The translations under genes and the position numbers were made by a program. DNA of 64,000 nucleotides from NCBI GenBank assembly GCA_963697775.1, contig CAVOPH010000003.1:2234-66233 (forward strand), written 5' to 3'. Origin of the DNA: an uncultured Acidobacteriota bacterium. Its GTDB lineage: Bacteria > Acidobacteriota > Vicinamibacteria > Vicinamibacterales > 2-12-FULL-66-21. Positions 53,428 to 62,728 of the stretch are shown one piece after another. The notes under the pieces are model-generated. The model saw only the letters and a program-made list of their open reading frames with translations. It was not told where the DNA came from and did no database searches. The first letter of the stretch is position 1; each line of letters begins with the position of its first letter.

Positions 53428-54875
53428 TTCCATCCTGGTCGAATCTTCTCCCACAGGGCTTCCGCTTTTCTGGCCGCGGCCGGGCTGGTGGCGATCCTGG
53501 TGGGCCATTGCCGCTTGAACCCTTCCGACGGCCACTTACGCGTCGCGTCTATCCCCATCTTGCTGCCAAGCGCGGGCAGATCGCTTGCGTCCTCGAGATC
53601 ATCCACCGGGCCCCTGGTGAACTGGATGTCGCGCTCCGGATCGTAGTGCGTGCCGACAATCCACGCGACCTCAGCTTCGTTCTGCACATCAACGTCCTTG
53701 TCGACGACGATAATCGTCTTCGAGAACATCAACTGCCCAAGGCCCCAGAAGGCGTTCATGATCTTCCTGGCGTGGCCGGGATATCGCTTGTCGATCGAAA
53801 CGAGCACGAGATTGTGAAAGATACCGGCGGCCGGGAAATGCATGTCGACGATTTCCGGCAGCGTCTTGCGGATGAGCGGCAGAAAAATGCGCTCGCTCGC
53901 CTTCCCGAGGTAGTAGTCCTCCATCGGTGGAATGCCGACGATCGTCGTGAGATAAACCGGCCGCTTCCGCCGCGTGATACACGTCAGGTGAAACACCGGA
54001 TAGTCATCGGGATGCGAATAAAACCCGGTGTGGTCACCGAATGGCCCTTCGCGACGACGTTCGAGAGGCTCGACGTAACCCTCCAGGACGATCTGGGCAT
54101 TAGCGGGCACCTCCAGATCCACCGTGACACACTTCACCAGCTCGACGCGCTCACGCCGCAGAAAGCCCGCGAGCATCAGCTCGTCCAGACCTTCGGGCAT
54201 CGGAGCGGTCGCCGAGTACGCGAGCGCAGGATCGGGACCAAGCGCGACGGCCACCGGCATCCGCTTCCCGAGGCGTTCGGCCACGCGATAGTGCTGAGCG
54301 CCGCCCTTGTGGCGCTGCCAGTGCATCCCGGTCGTTCGCGCGTCGTACACCTGCATGCGATAGGTGCCGATGTTGCGCGCGCCAGTCTCCGGATCTTTCG
54401 TAAACACGAGCGGCAGCGTGATATACCGTCCGCCGTCTTCCGGCCAGCACTTCAGAATCGGCAGCGATTCGAGCGACCCATCGCGCTCGACGACCTCCTG
54501 ACACGGCGCGTCGGAGACCGTCTTCGGCATCAGATCGCGCAAGCGGCCGATCATCGGCAGCATCTTGATCGCGTCGAACATCCCCGCGGGGATCTTCGGC
54601 GTGGCCAGTTCCTCAATCTCGCGCGCGAGATCGTCGAGCTTCGACACGCCAAGCGCCATGCAGATGCGGTTCATCGAGCCAAACAGGTTCAGGGCGACGG
54701 GCACGTCAAACCCCGACGGCCGCTCGAAGAGCAGTCCGGGACCGCCACCGGGCGACTTCGAGACGCGGTCCGTCACCGCGCAGATCTCGAGGTCAGGGCT
54801 CACCGGATCGGTGATGCGCGCCAGTTCGCGGGCTTTGTCGAGGGCGGCGATGAACTCGTTGAGATCTTTGAACAA
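53424..54875 (-). CDS. UbiD-family decarboxylase (MqnL-like)
   Basis: 483 aa, TTG start. FKDLNEFIAALDKARELARITDPVSPDLEICAVTDR...GGRYITLPLVFTKDPETGARNIGTYRMQV. Confidence 0.9.
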   Translation of the reverse strand: MFKDLNEFIAALDKARELARITDPVSPDLEICAVTDRVSKSPGGGPGLLFERPSGFDVPVALNLFGSMNRICMALGVSKLDDLAREIEELATPKIPAGMFDAIKMLPMIGRLRDLMPKTVSDAPCQEVVERDGSLESLPILKCWPEDGGRYITLPLVFTKDPETGARNIGTYRMQVYDARTTGMHWQRHKGGAQHYRVAERLGKRMPVAVALGPDPALAYSATAPMPEGLDELMLAGFLRRERVELVKCVTVDLEVPANAQIVLEGYVEPLERRREGPFGDHTGFYSHPDDYPVFHLTCITRRKRPVYLTTIVGIPPMEDYYLGKASERIFLPLIRKTLPEIVDMHFPAAGIFHNLVLVSIDKRYPGHARKIMNAFWGLGQLMFSKTIIVVDKDVDVQNEAEVAWIVGTHYDPERDIQFTRGPVDDLEDASDLPALGSKMGIDATRKWPSEGFKRQWPTRIATSPAAARKAEALWEKIRPGWK

Positions 54876-54876
54876 A

Positions 54877-54909
54877 AGCTTCCAGCTCCCAGCTGCCAGC
54901 TTCCGGCTC
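54877..54909. repeat. Heptamer array (CCAGCTN)
   Basis: AGCTTCCAGCTCCCAGCTGCCAGCTTCCGGCTC starting 2 nt upstream of the UbiD-type start codon. On the coding strand it reads ...GGGAGCTGGAAGCTT-TTG, placing GGAG-like words at Shine-Dalgarno distance. Confidence 0.8.
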
Positions 54910-54952
54910 AGACGCGGGGCTCAAGCCCCGCGCTACGGGTGTCTGTGAGGCC

Positions 54953-55003
54953 AGTCGCGCCGAAGCGGCGGAGCCGCGAAGGCGGACGAACCGCGAACTG
55001 CGA
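54953..55003 (+). repeat. Dispersed GC-rich element, copy A
   Basis: CAGTCGCGCCGAAGCGGCGGAGCCGCGAAGGCGGACGAACCGCGAACTG. A near-identical inverted copy lies at 58749-58791 and a partial direct copy at 58927-58952. Confidence 0.7.
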
Positions 55004-55012
55004 ATCGCGAAA

Positions 55013-55951
55013 TTAGCCCCGCCCCATCGTCTCCGCCACTCGCGTAGCCAACTCCAGCGCGCGCCGGCCCGCGACCCCGTCCACCAGCGGCGACGAAGAG
55101 GTCCGCACCGCGCGGACGAAATCGGCGATCTCGCGGCGCAACGGTTCGTCACGTTCGACTGGCAGCGCCCCACCCTGAATCGACGGACGGGTGCCGTCGC
55201 CGCGCACGAGCCGCCATCCCTCGACCTCCTGCGCAGCGTAATCGATCGAGATGTAGGCGTCGGGCTGAAAGAAGCGGATCTTGCGTACACGCTCCTTGCT
55301 GATCCGGCTGGCGGTCACATTCGCGATGCAGCCCGACGCAAACTTCAGCCGCGCGTTGGCGATGTCGTACTTGGAGGTCAGCACCGGTACGCCAACCGCT
55401 TCAATCGACGCGACCTCGGATCGCACGAGCGCGAGGATGATGTCGAGGTCGTGAATCATCAGATCGAACACGACATCGATGTCCAGGCTGCGGTCGGGAA
55501 AGGCGCCCAGCCGATGCACTTCGATGAAACGCGGCGACGTCACCAGCGGAAGCACCGCGGCAACCGCCGGGTTGTAGCGTTCGGTGTGTCCCACCCCGAG
55601 CACCGCACCCGACGCTCGTGCGGCGTCCACGAGTTCGTCCGCCTCGCCCAGCGATCGCGCGATGGGCTTCTCGACCAGCGCCGACACGCCGGTCTGAAGA
55701 AACGGCAGCGCGATGTCCCGGTGCAGCTCGGTCGGCACCGCAATCGACACCGCATCGACTGAATCCAGCACGTCGCGAAAGTCCGCAAGCGCCGGCGCGC
55801 CCGTCGCCGACGACACAGCGGCCGCGCGCTCCGCGTTGGTATCGACGACGGCGACGAGTTCCACCCCCTCGAGTGCGCTGAGGATCCTGGCGTGGTGCCT
55901 GCCGAGGTGTCCGACGCCGATCACCGCGACTCGCAGGCGATCAACCGGCAC
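55013..55951 (-). CDS. Gfo/Idh/MocA-family NAD-dependent oxidoreductase (GnnA-like position in a lipid A cluster)
   Basis: GTG 55951. [19 protein letters not shown] Rossmann motif. ...[16 protein letters not shown]...GHTERYNPA. Confidence 0.75.
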   Translation of the reverse strand: MPVDRLRVAVIGVGHLGRHHARILSALEGVELVAVVDTNAERAAAVSSATGAPALADFRDVLDSVDAVSIAVPTELHRDIALPFLQTGVSALVEKPIARSLGEADELVDAARASGAVLGVGHTERYNPAVAAVLPLVTSPRFIEVHRLGAFPDRSLDIDVVFDLMIHDLDIILALVRSEVASIEAVGVPVLTSKYDIANARLKFASGCIANVTASRISKERVRKIRFFQPDAYISIDYAAQEVEGWRLVRGDGTRPSIQGGALPVERDEPLRREIADFVRAVRTSSSPLVDGVAGRRALELATRVAETMGRG

Positions 55952-56777
55952 GCTGCTGGCTCCGCGGTCGTCCGACAATGGTGATGCCAGCCTCGTTGGC
56001 GGACTTGAACACGTGCTCGCCGTCGAGGACGAGCGTCCGTTCGGCATCGACCGACAGCGCCGACGCTCCGGCGACGCGCATCGCCTGGATGGTCGCGATG
56101 CCGATGACCGGCACGTCGAACCGCATGTCCTGATTGGGCTTCGCGACCTTCACGATTCGCGCGCCGGGTCCGGCGAGGTAGCCCGCACGCCCGATGACTT
56201 CGTCCGTGCCTTCCATCGCCTCGACGGCAACGACGGCCTTGTGCTTGACCGCAATCGTCTGACCGATATCCAGGGCGGCAATGGCGTCGGCCATCCGGTA
56301 GCCGAAGACGAAATCGTCGTGCTCCTGCTCGCTCGGCATGCGATCGGTCAGCGTCCCGGGTCGCGCCAGCAACGGCTGCAGGAACGTGGTCGAATCGAGC
56401 AGTTCAATACCCTCGTCCCGCATCACCTCGGCCACCGCTGAAATCAATGCGTCGGTGTTGCGCGCCTTCAGTCGCTTCAACACGGACAGCAGCGTGAAGT
56501 CCGGAATAATGCCAGAAAAGATCTTGACGTGCTTGACCTGGCCGGCCATCACGGCCTGAGAAACGCCGGCGCTCTTCAGAAGCTTGATGCACTTTCCGAG
56601 CTGCCCGAGCGACACCCAGTGGAAATCCGCTTTCGCCTCGCGGGCATTTCCCTCGAGATCGGGAAATGCCTCCTCCTTGATCGCCACGATCGTCACGTCG
56701 TGGCCGAGATTGCGCGCGCCCTGGAGCACCAGAAAGGGAAACCGCCCGTTGCCAGCAATGAGACCGATTCTGCTCAT
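55941..56777 (-). CDS. lpxI: UDP-2,3-diacylglucosamine pyrophosphatase LpxI (DUF1009)
   Basis: 278 aa. [37 protein letters not shown]...[26 protein letters not shown]...RFDVPVIG. Confidence 0.8.
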   Translation of the reverse strand: MSRIGLIAGNGRFPFLVLQGARNLGHDVTIVAIKEEAFPDLEGNAREAKADFHWVSLGQLGKCIKLLKSAGVSQAVMAGQVKHVKIFSGIIPDFTLLSVLKRLKARNTDALISAVAEVMRDEGIELLDSTTFLQPLLARPGTLTDRMPSEQEHDDFVFGYRMADAIAALDIGQTIAVKHKAVVAVEAMEGTDEVIGRAGYLAGPGARIVKVAKPNQDMRFDVPVIGIATIQAMRVAGASALSVDAERTLVLDGEHVFKSANEAGITIVGRPRSQQRAG

Positions 56778-56955
56778 GCACCAAAGTGAAGCAGTCTATC
56801 AGATGCCCGGCGCCGCTCCTTGTCGTCCCCGATTGGTGTCACAGCTATCCCCGTTTGAAGACCGCGGAAGGGGCAGTTACGTCGTATCATTAGATCAGCG
56901 AGCGGAACAGCTGTTGCTTGGAAGCTCGAGTTTCTGGATTTTTCAAGGAGAGGAA

Positions 56956-57387
56956 ATGCGCCGTTTGTTCCCGGGTATCCTGCTGCTCGCGCTCGCAACG
57001 AGTGTGGCCGGATGCAACGACAGCACCACGAATACCCCGACGACCCCGACGACCCCGACGACCCCGAACACGCCGGCGACCACCGAAACGTTCACAGGGA
57101 CGCTGCATCTGAACGGAGCCGAGACGTATAACTTTACCGCCGCCACGGGCGGAACCGTCGTCATTACCCTGACAGGGCTCCCTGATGGCACGCCGCCCGT
57201 CGGCCTGAGCCTCGGCACATGGACCGGATCCGCGTGCCAGATTGTCATCGACAACTCCAACGCGGCGCAATCCGCCATCGTCACCGGCACGGTCACCTCC
57301 GCAGCCAGCCTGTGCGCCCGAGTCTACGACGCGCACGGCACGATTGCGACGCCGGCCGATTTCACCCTCACAGCTGCGCATCCGTAA
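56956..57387 (+). CDS. Small lipoprotein with a Thr/Pro-rich linker (only plus-strand gene)
   Basis: ATG 56956 preceded by AAGGAGAGG. Lipobox LLLALATSVAG-C. Linker TPTTPTTPTTPNTPATT. 143 aa. Confidence 0.75.
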   Translation: MRRLFPGILLLALATSVAGCNDSTTNTPTTPTTPTTPNTPATTETFTGTLHLNGAETYNFTAATGGTVVITLTGLPDGTPPVGLSLGTWTGSACQIVIDNSNAAQSAIVTGTVTSAASLCARVYDAHGTIATPADFTLTAAHP

Positions 57388-57389
57388 AC

Positions 57390-57462
57390 AATGCTGAATT
57401 CTGAATGCTGATTAATAGCTGAATGCTCTTCATTCAGCATTCAACACTCAACATTCAGCATT
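57390..57462. repeat. Hairpin of GCTGAAT / ATTCAGC words between convergent genes
   Basis: AATGCTGAATTCTGAATGCTGATTAATAGCTGAATG-CTCTT-CATTCAGCATTCAACACTCAACATTCAGCATT. The inner stem GCTGAATG/CATTCAGC is perfect. Could act as a bidirectional terminator, but there is no clear U-run. Confidence 0.75.
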
Positions 57463-58728
57463 CTAGTCGTCCGCGACTTCCTCGAGCCGGCGGCTTGGGC
57501 GCCGCAGGCCGACGCCGCGGCTCGACGTGCGGATGAAGTCGACGACGTACTGCACTTCGTCGCACTTCAGCGTCGGGTCGCGTTCGATCTGGGCGAGGGC
57601 GCGGCTGGTATTCGAGTGCAACAGGTGACGGTAGGCGCGGCGAAGCTTGGCGATGGAATCCGACGAGAACTTCCGCCGCACCAGCCCGATCGTGTTCAGG
57701 CCGTAAATGCGCGCGCGGTTGCCGACCGTTTTCGCATACGGCAACGCGTCCTTCGTGATGACCGAGAACCCGCCGATGAACGCGTGTTGGCCGACGCGGC
57801 AGAACTGATGCACCCCTGAAAACGCGCTGATCGTCGCGTAGTCTTCGACGGTCACGTGGCCGCCGAGCGTTGCGCCGTTACCGAAAATCGTGTGGTTGCC
57901 GACGTGGCAATCGTGCGCGATGTGCGCGTAGGCCATGAACACATTGTGATCGCCGATCTCGGTGACACCCCCGCCGCCGGCGGTGCCGCGATGGATCGTG
58001 ACGAACTCGCGAAACACATTCCGATTCCCGACCACGAGCTTCGTGGGCTCGCCGCGGAATTTCAAGTCCTGCGGGATCAGGCCGACCGACGCGAGCGGAA
58101 AAATCTCGTTGCCGTCGCCAAACTCCGATGGTCCCTCGACGACCGCCGACGCGCCGACGCGGCAATGGCGACCCAGCCGGACGTGATCGCCGACCACGGC
58201 ATGCGGACCGATGACGCTGCCGTCGCCGATGACAGCCCCGGAGTGCACGACGGCGCTCGGATCGATGGTGACGCCGGGCCGCGCGCCCGGATGAGGCTCG
58301 GCGACCACCGCGAGCAGCAGCTCCGCTTCGGCCGCGATGTTCTCTCCAATGAACGCCCGCGCGTGCGCACGCGCCAGCCGCGCACGCCGCGGCCCCATCG
58401 TCACCTCGAGCCGCAGGCGATCGCCGGGCACCACCGGCAGGCGAAACTTCGCGTGGTCCACCCCACGCAGATACGCACCCGTCGCCGCGCCGGCGTCCGC
58501 CGAGTGCGTCAGGAGAATCGTCGCCACCTGCGCGAGCGCTTCGATCATCAGTACGCCCGGCATCAGCGGCGCGCCAGGAAAGTGCCCCTGAAAGAACTCC
58601 TCGCTGACGGTCACGTTCTTGTACGCCACCAGCCGGTGGCCAGGCTCGTGCTCGGCAATCGCATCCACAAGCGCGGACGGGTAGCGGTAGAAAAGGCGGT
58701 CAAGGGACGCTGGGATGTTGATCGACAC
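57463..58728 (-). CDS. Fused 3-hydroxyacyl-ACP dehydratase (FabZ) and UDP-GlcNAc O-acyltransferase (LpxA)
   Basis: A single 421-aa ORF. Residues 1 to about 150 are FabZ-like (YPSALVDAI...FFQGHFPGAPLMPGVLMIEALAQ). A short linker AEPHPGARPG follows, then LpxA-like hexapeptide repeats and C-terminal domain (IHRGTAGGGGVTEIGDHNVFMAYAHIAHDCHVGN...VHQFCRVG...GLNTIGLVRRKFS). Confidence 0.8.
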   Translation of the reverse strand: MSINIPASLDRLFYRYPSALVDAIAEHEPGHRLVAYKNVTVSEEFFQGHFPGAPLMPGVLMIEALAQVATILLTHSADAGAATGAYLRGVDHAKFRLPVVPGDRLRLEVTMGPRRARLARAHARAFIGENIAAEAELLLAVVAEPHPGARPGVTIDPSAVVHSGAVIGDGSVIGPHAVVGDHVRLGRHCRVGASAVVEGPSEFGDGNEIFPLASVGLIPQDLKFRGEPTKLVVGNRNVFREFVTIHRGTAGGGGVTEIGDHNVFMAYAHIAHDCHVGNHTIFGNGATLGGHVTVEDYATISAFSGVHQFCRVGQHAFIGGFSVITKDALPYAKTVGNRARIYGLNTIGLVRRKFSSDSIAKLRRAYRHLLHSNTSRALAQIERDPTLKCDEVQYVVDFIRTSSRGVGLRRPSRRLEEVADD

Positions 58729-58748
58729 TGACTGGGAGTTTAGCAGAC

Positions 58749-58791
58749 AGTCGCGGTTCGTCCGCCTCCGCGGCTTTCGCCGCTTCGGCGA
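58749..58791 (-). repeat. Dispersed GC-rich element, inverted copy B
   Basis: CAGTCGCGGTTCGTCCGCCTCCGCGGCTTTCGCCGCTTCGGCG is the reverse complement of copy A with a few mismatches. Confidence 0.7.
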
Positions 58792-58852
58792 GACAGGCTG
58801 TGGGCCGTCCAGCGCATGCGCGATGTGAATAGGCTCATACAGCCTGGTGCAC

Positions 58853-58889
58853 GAAAAGAAAGGCCGCGTCGTCCAAGAACGACGCGACC
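58853..58889 (-). terminator. Candidate rho-independent terminator downstream of skp
   Basis: The minus strand reads GGTCGCGTCGT-TCTTGG-ACGACGCGGCC followed by TTTCTTTTCG (11-bp stem with one mismatch, then a T-rich tail), about 65 nt after the skp stop. Confidence 0.5.
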
Positions 58890-58952
58890 TCTCGACGAGA
58901 ACGAAGCTTGTCTCGCCGTAGCGCGTGAGCGCGAAGGCGGACGAACTGCGAG

Positions 58953-59621
58953 TTATTTCTTCACTGGCGTCTTTCCCGCTGAATCGAACCGCTTGATGAG
59001 TTCGCTCGACAGATCGAGGCCGGGCTCGGCGGCAACGACACCTGCGTCGCGGATGCTGAAGATCATCAGCAGCCCTTTCTCGACCCGCAGCTGCTCGATG
59101 ACCGGATTGAGCTTCTCCTGGAAGTCTCCCTGGAGTGAATTGGTGAGATCCTGCACCTCGGTCTGCGCATCCTGTTGTGCAAACTGGAGGTCGCGCTGCG
59201 CCTTCTCGATGTCCTTGTCGAGCTGCGCACGAGCCGCATCGCTCAAGACCGAGCCACCGGACTGCTGCTTGTCCTGCATCGCTTTGAGGGCGTTGCTCTT
59301 CGCGAGCAGTTCCGCGTTCTTCTTCTTCCGCAGCTCATCGAGCTTGGCCGTGGCAGCCTTGCCTTCCGAGGAATTGCTGGCGATCGCCTGGATGTCGATG
59401 AAGGCGAATTTCGCACCCTCGGGAAACGGCGCCGGAGGCTTCGGCGCGGGGGCCGGCGCAGCCGCCGCCGGCGGCGGGGGCGTCGCGGGCTTTTGCTGCT
59501 CGGTCGGCGCCGGCGTCGCGGGCTTCTGCTGTTGCGGCGCAGGTGTCTGTGAATAGCCCGGCGTCGCGACAAGCAGCATGCTCATCGCGCTAGTCACAAT
59601 CATCATCTTCAACAATTTCAT
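58953..59621 (-). CDS. skp: Periplasmic chaperone Skp/OmpH
   Basis: ATG 59621 with AAGGGGA upstream. Signal peptide MKLLKMMIVTSAMSMLLVATPGYSQ. Pro/Ala-rich spacer, then a coiled-coil OmpH-like region (LDELRKKKNAELLAKSNALKAMQDKQQ...). Located between bamA and fabZ-lpxA. Confidence 0.8.
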   Translation of the reverse strand: MKLLKMMIVTSAMSMLLVATPGYSQTPAPQQQKPATPAPTEQQKPATPPPPAAAAPAPAPKPPAPFPEGAKFAFIDIQAIASNSSEGKAATAKLDELRKKKNAELLAKSNALKAMQDKQQSGGSVLSDAARAQLDKDIEKAQRDLQFAQQDAQTEVQDLTNSLQGDFQEKLNPVIEQLRVEKGLLMIFSIRDAGVVAAEPGLDLSSELIKRFDSAGKTPVKK

Positions 59622-59642
59622 TCGAACAGTCCCCTTAATAAT

Positions 59643-59797
59643 AGTTTCCAGTTTCAAGTTCCCAGTTTCCAGTTTTCCGCTTATTACAAATTGCCGCTGC
59701 AGTTTACGTGCACGTCCCAGCCAGCAGCCCGTCTCGTTCGCCGCAGGAGTGCATAAAACCCCCAGCACTGGGAACTGGAGACCGGAGACTGGAAACT
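59643..59797. repeat. Inverted pair of heptamer arrays (CCAGTTT / AAACTGG type)
   Basis: 59643-59678: AGTTTCCAGTTTCAAGTTCCCAGTTTCCAGTTTTCC. 59771-59797: GGAACTGGAGACCGGAGACTGGAAACT. bamA / skp spacer. Confidence 0.8.
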
Positions 59798-59801
59798 TCC
59801 T

Positions 59802-62555
59802 TTAGAATGTCGAGCCCACCGCGAACCGGAACTTGTATTTCTTCTCCGGCTGCAGATTGTTGTCGAGCACGTTCCCGCGCGACGGATTCATCGCAAAAAT
59901 CAGCCGGAACGGCACGTTCAGGACCGGCATGAAGAAGCGGATTTCCGCCCCGGTCGATGCCTTGAACGCCGCCGTTTGTCCGATGATATCGGTCTGCATC
60001 GGCAACGCCACCCCAGCCAATGGATTCGTGATTATACCAACGGTGTCGATAAACGTCGGGTACAAGCTGCCTGGCGTCGTCCTGCGGTAAATCGGCTCGT
60101 TCCACGAGAAGTGCTCACCGATGTTGCGCACCTGACCGGCGTCGGCGAACAGCACCAGGCGAACCGGTCCGGCAATGTGAATGAGATACTCGGCGTTGAA
60201 CAGCAGGCTCTTGTTGCCGCCGACCGGGACACCGGAGACTTCGTCGCGCGGGGAAACCGACCGGATGTCGAAACCGCGGATACTGTATTCACCACCCAGG
60301 AAAATCTTCTGGAAGATTGGGAGCACCCTCGTGTCGCCGTACGGCCGCAGATACTCCCACGCGGCGCGGAATCCGAACGACGTCCGCTTGGTCTGCGGGA
60401 AATACCAGATGCCCTCGGTCCTGGGATTGATGAAGCTCGTGTTCCCGCCGATGCCCGCCACATCGAAGGACAACGAGTAGCGCTTGCCCTGGGTCGGGAA
60501 GATCGGATTGTCGACCGTGTTGTAGACGTAGCTCGGGCCGATCTTGCTGATGATTCGCTTCCCGCCCTGCTGGGTGAGCAGCGAGTCGGCGAGCAGCGGG
60601 TTGCCTCTGAGGATCTGCGGGTCATTGAACAGCGGATTCAGATCCTTGATCTCGACGTTCTCGTAGCTGTAATTGACGAACATCCGGGCGAAATCCTGCA
60701 CCTGGAAGCCGTAGACGATGTTGCCGCCTTGCGACCGCTGGGTGTAGAGCCCGATGTACTGCAGCTCGCGGATGAACAGGTCCACGCCAGCCGTCATCGG
60801 CTTGTCGAAGAGGAACGGCTCGCTGAACGCGAGCTGATAGTTCGTGGCCCGGCTGCCCTGCTGCGCTGACACCGTAAAGGTTTCGCCGCGGCCCAGGAAG
60901 TTGGAAGTCTGGAATGCGAGCTGACCGAAGAACCCGTCGTACTGCGACACGCCGGCGCCGAAGGTCAGCTGGTTGCGGTTCTGCTCCTCGAACTTCAGCT
61001 TGATGTCGACCTTGTTGTCTACCCCGGCAACCTTGTCGACCCCGATCGCCTCACCTTCAAGCGGCTTGAAGTAGCCAAGCTGGTTCAACCGCTTGATGCT
61101 GTATTTCAACGCTTCGGTGTTGAACGGGCCGGTCTCGATGAGCCGGATCTCGCGCCGGATGACGTTGTCGCGAGTGGTCGTGTTGCCGGCGAACGTGATT
61201 CGATTGACGAAGTACTGCTTGCCCTCCTGCACCCGCAGCGTCACGTCGACGATGGGAGGACCGTTCGGCGCCGCCGCCGGGGCCGCGGGACCGGAGGGAT
61301 CGGGACTGCCGTTACCATTGCCGTTGCCGTTCGCGTTGGCCGCACCGCGCGGGGCAAGGTCGGGGTAGCCGGTGAAATCCATGTAGCCACCGGTTCCATA
61401 CACTTCCTTCGCTTTTTCAAACCCCTTGCGGATCAGCTTCTCGCTGTAGATCTCTCCCTCCTGGATCTTGAACAACGGCCGAAGCCCTCTCGAGTCGACA
61501 ATCTTGTTGCCGTCGAACTCAATCTTGCCGATGCGGTATTGCAGACCCTCGGTAACCGGAATCTTCAGTTCGACGAACCGGGTCTTGCTGTCCTTGGAGT
61601 CCTCGAGGATCTTCAGTTCCGGCTGGCCGACGCGAGCCTCGATGTAGCCGCGGTCGCGATAGTAGGCGACCACCTTGTCGGCATCTTCTTCAAACTTGTC
61701 GGCCTTGTAGGTGCCGTTCCCGAGGATGAACTTGAACATGCCACCGCCCTTGTTCTCCTTCATCTGCTTGGCAAGCTTGCCATCCTTGATGGCGTTGTTG
61801 CCGACGAAGTCGACTGAGCGGATCTTGACCTTCGGCCCCTCGGTGATGTGGAACGTGACGTTGACCAGCTTGGGCCCGCCTTCGATCGGCTTGATCTCCG
61901 GCTTGACCTCCACGAACTCGTAGCCCTTCTCCGCGTAGACGTCGTGAACGACGCCGCTGACGCGACGGATCAGTCCGGGATCGATGAACGAATCGAGCCG
62001 GATGGAAATCTGCTTGTCCTTCAGGGCCTCTTCGATCTTCGACGTGTCGACCTTTTCGGTGCCGACGTAATCGACGATCTTGACGCGCTGGCGCTCCTCC
62101 ATGTTGTAGACGATCACCTTGCCGAGCACGCCATTGGCGTATCGGACATCGCGCACCTCGATCGCGAGGTCGTCGAGGAAGTTCGTCGCTATCAGCCGCT
62201 TGAAATCGGCGATGGCCACCTGCTGGACGCTGTCGTCGAACTTGATCCACTCGTTCAGCGACGGACGGCTGCCCTTCGCCTGCATGTAATAGAGGTAGGT
62301 GTTGGCTTCAACAATCGGGCTGCCGCCCTGCTTCTCGAAGCACAGCATGACCGCGGTCACGACGGGACCGGCGTTGGCTGGTGGGAGCCGCGCCGGTTCG
62401 GGGACCTGCTGGTCACAAATCGTGGCGGGAAGCGTCGGCGCTTCGACCGCCGGCAAGGGCGCCTGCGCGGGCGCAGGTGGCGCCACCTGTGCCCTCGCCA
62501 CGGTGGGCCATGCGACCGCCGCGAGGGTCACGAACAACAGAGCAAAAACACGCAT
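59802..62555 (-). CDS. bamA: Outer membrane protein assembly factor BamA
   Basis: ATG 62555 gives the signal peptide MRVFALLFVTLAAVAWPTVARAQ. POTRA-like repeats (IRSVDFVGNNAIKDGKL, IGKIEFDGNKIV, VNRITFAGNTTTRDNVIRREI). C-terminal beta-barrel ending ...YKFRFAVGSTF. Confidence 0.9.
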   Translation of the reverse strand: MRVFALLFVTLAAVAWPTVARAQVAPPAPAQAPLPAVEAPTLPATICDQQVPEPARLPPANAGPVVTAVMLCFEKQGGSPIVEANTYLYYMQAKGSRPSLNEWIKFDDSVQQVAIADFKRLIATNFLDDLAIEVRDVRYANGVLGKVIVYNMEERQRVKIVDYVGTEKVDTSKIEEALKDKQISIRLDSFIDPGLIRRVSGVVHDVYAEKGYEFVEVKPEIKPIEGGPKLVNVTFHITEGPKVKIRSVDFVGNNAIKDGKLAKQMKENKGGGMFKFILGNGTYKADKFEEDADKVVAYYRDRGYIEARVGQPELKILEDSKDSKTRFVELKIPVTEGLQYRIGKIEFDGNKIVDSRGLRPLFKIQEGEIYSEKLIRKGFEKAKEVYGTGGYMDFTGYPDLAPRGAANANGNGNGNGSPDPSGPAAPAAAPNGPPIVDVTLRVQEGKQYFVNRITFAGNTTTRDNVIRREIRLIETGPFNTEALKYSIKRLNQLGYFKPLEGEAIGVDKVAGVDNKVDIKLKFEEQNRNQLTFGAGVSQYDGFFGQLAFQTSNFLGRGETFTVSAQQGSRATNYQLAFSEPFLFDKPMTAGVDLFIRELQYIGLYTQRSQGGNIVYGFQVQDFARMFVNYSYENVEIKDLNPLFNDPQILRGNPLLADSLLTQQGGKRIISKIGPSYVYNTVDNPIFPTQGKRYSLSFDVAGIGGNTSFINPRTEGIWYFPQTKRTSFGFRAAWEYLRPYGDTRVLPIFQKIFLGGEYSIRGFDIRSVSPRDEVSGVPVGGNKSLLFNAEYLIHIAGPVRLVLFADAGQVRNIGEHFSWNEPIYRRTTPGSLYPTFIDTVGIITNPLAGVALPMQTDIIGQTAAFKASTGAEIRFFMPVLNVPFRLIFAMNPSRGNVLDNNLQPEKKYKFRFAVGSTF

Positions 62556-62728
62556 AACAGGGGGTTGAGGCGGCCGGCCTGCTCTCCAGGGTGTATTCCT
62601 GGAGAGAGGCCAAGCCATGAGTTTACTGGATCTTAGACGTGCAAGGCTACCCACTGGCCTTTCCCGGACCGTAGCCGGGTCAACGCCACGATGATTGCGC
62701 CGGCGACAGGCAGGACCTGTCGCGCGGA

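Noticed and set aside
62706-62726. Hairpin GCGACAGG-CAGGA-CCTGTCGC just after the clpC stop, as a terminator
   Set aside because: The stem is only 8 bp and there is no U-run on the transcribed strand, so it cannot be distinguished from chance in GC-rich sequence.
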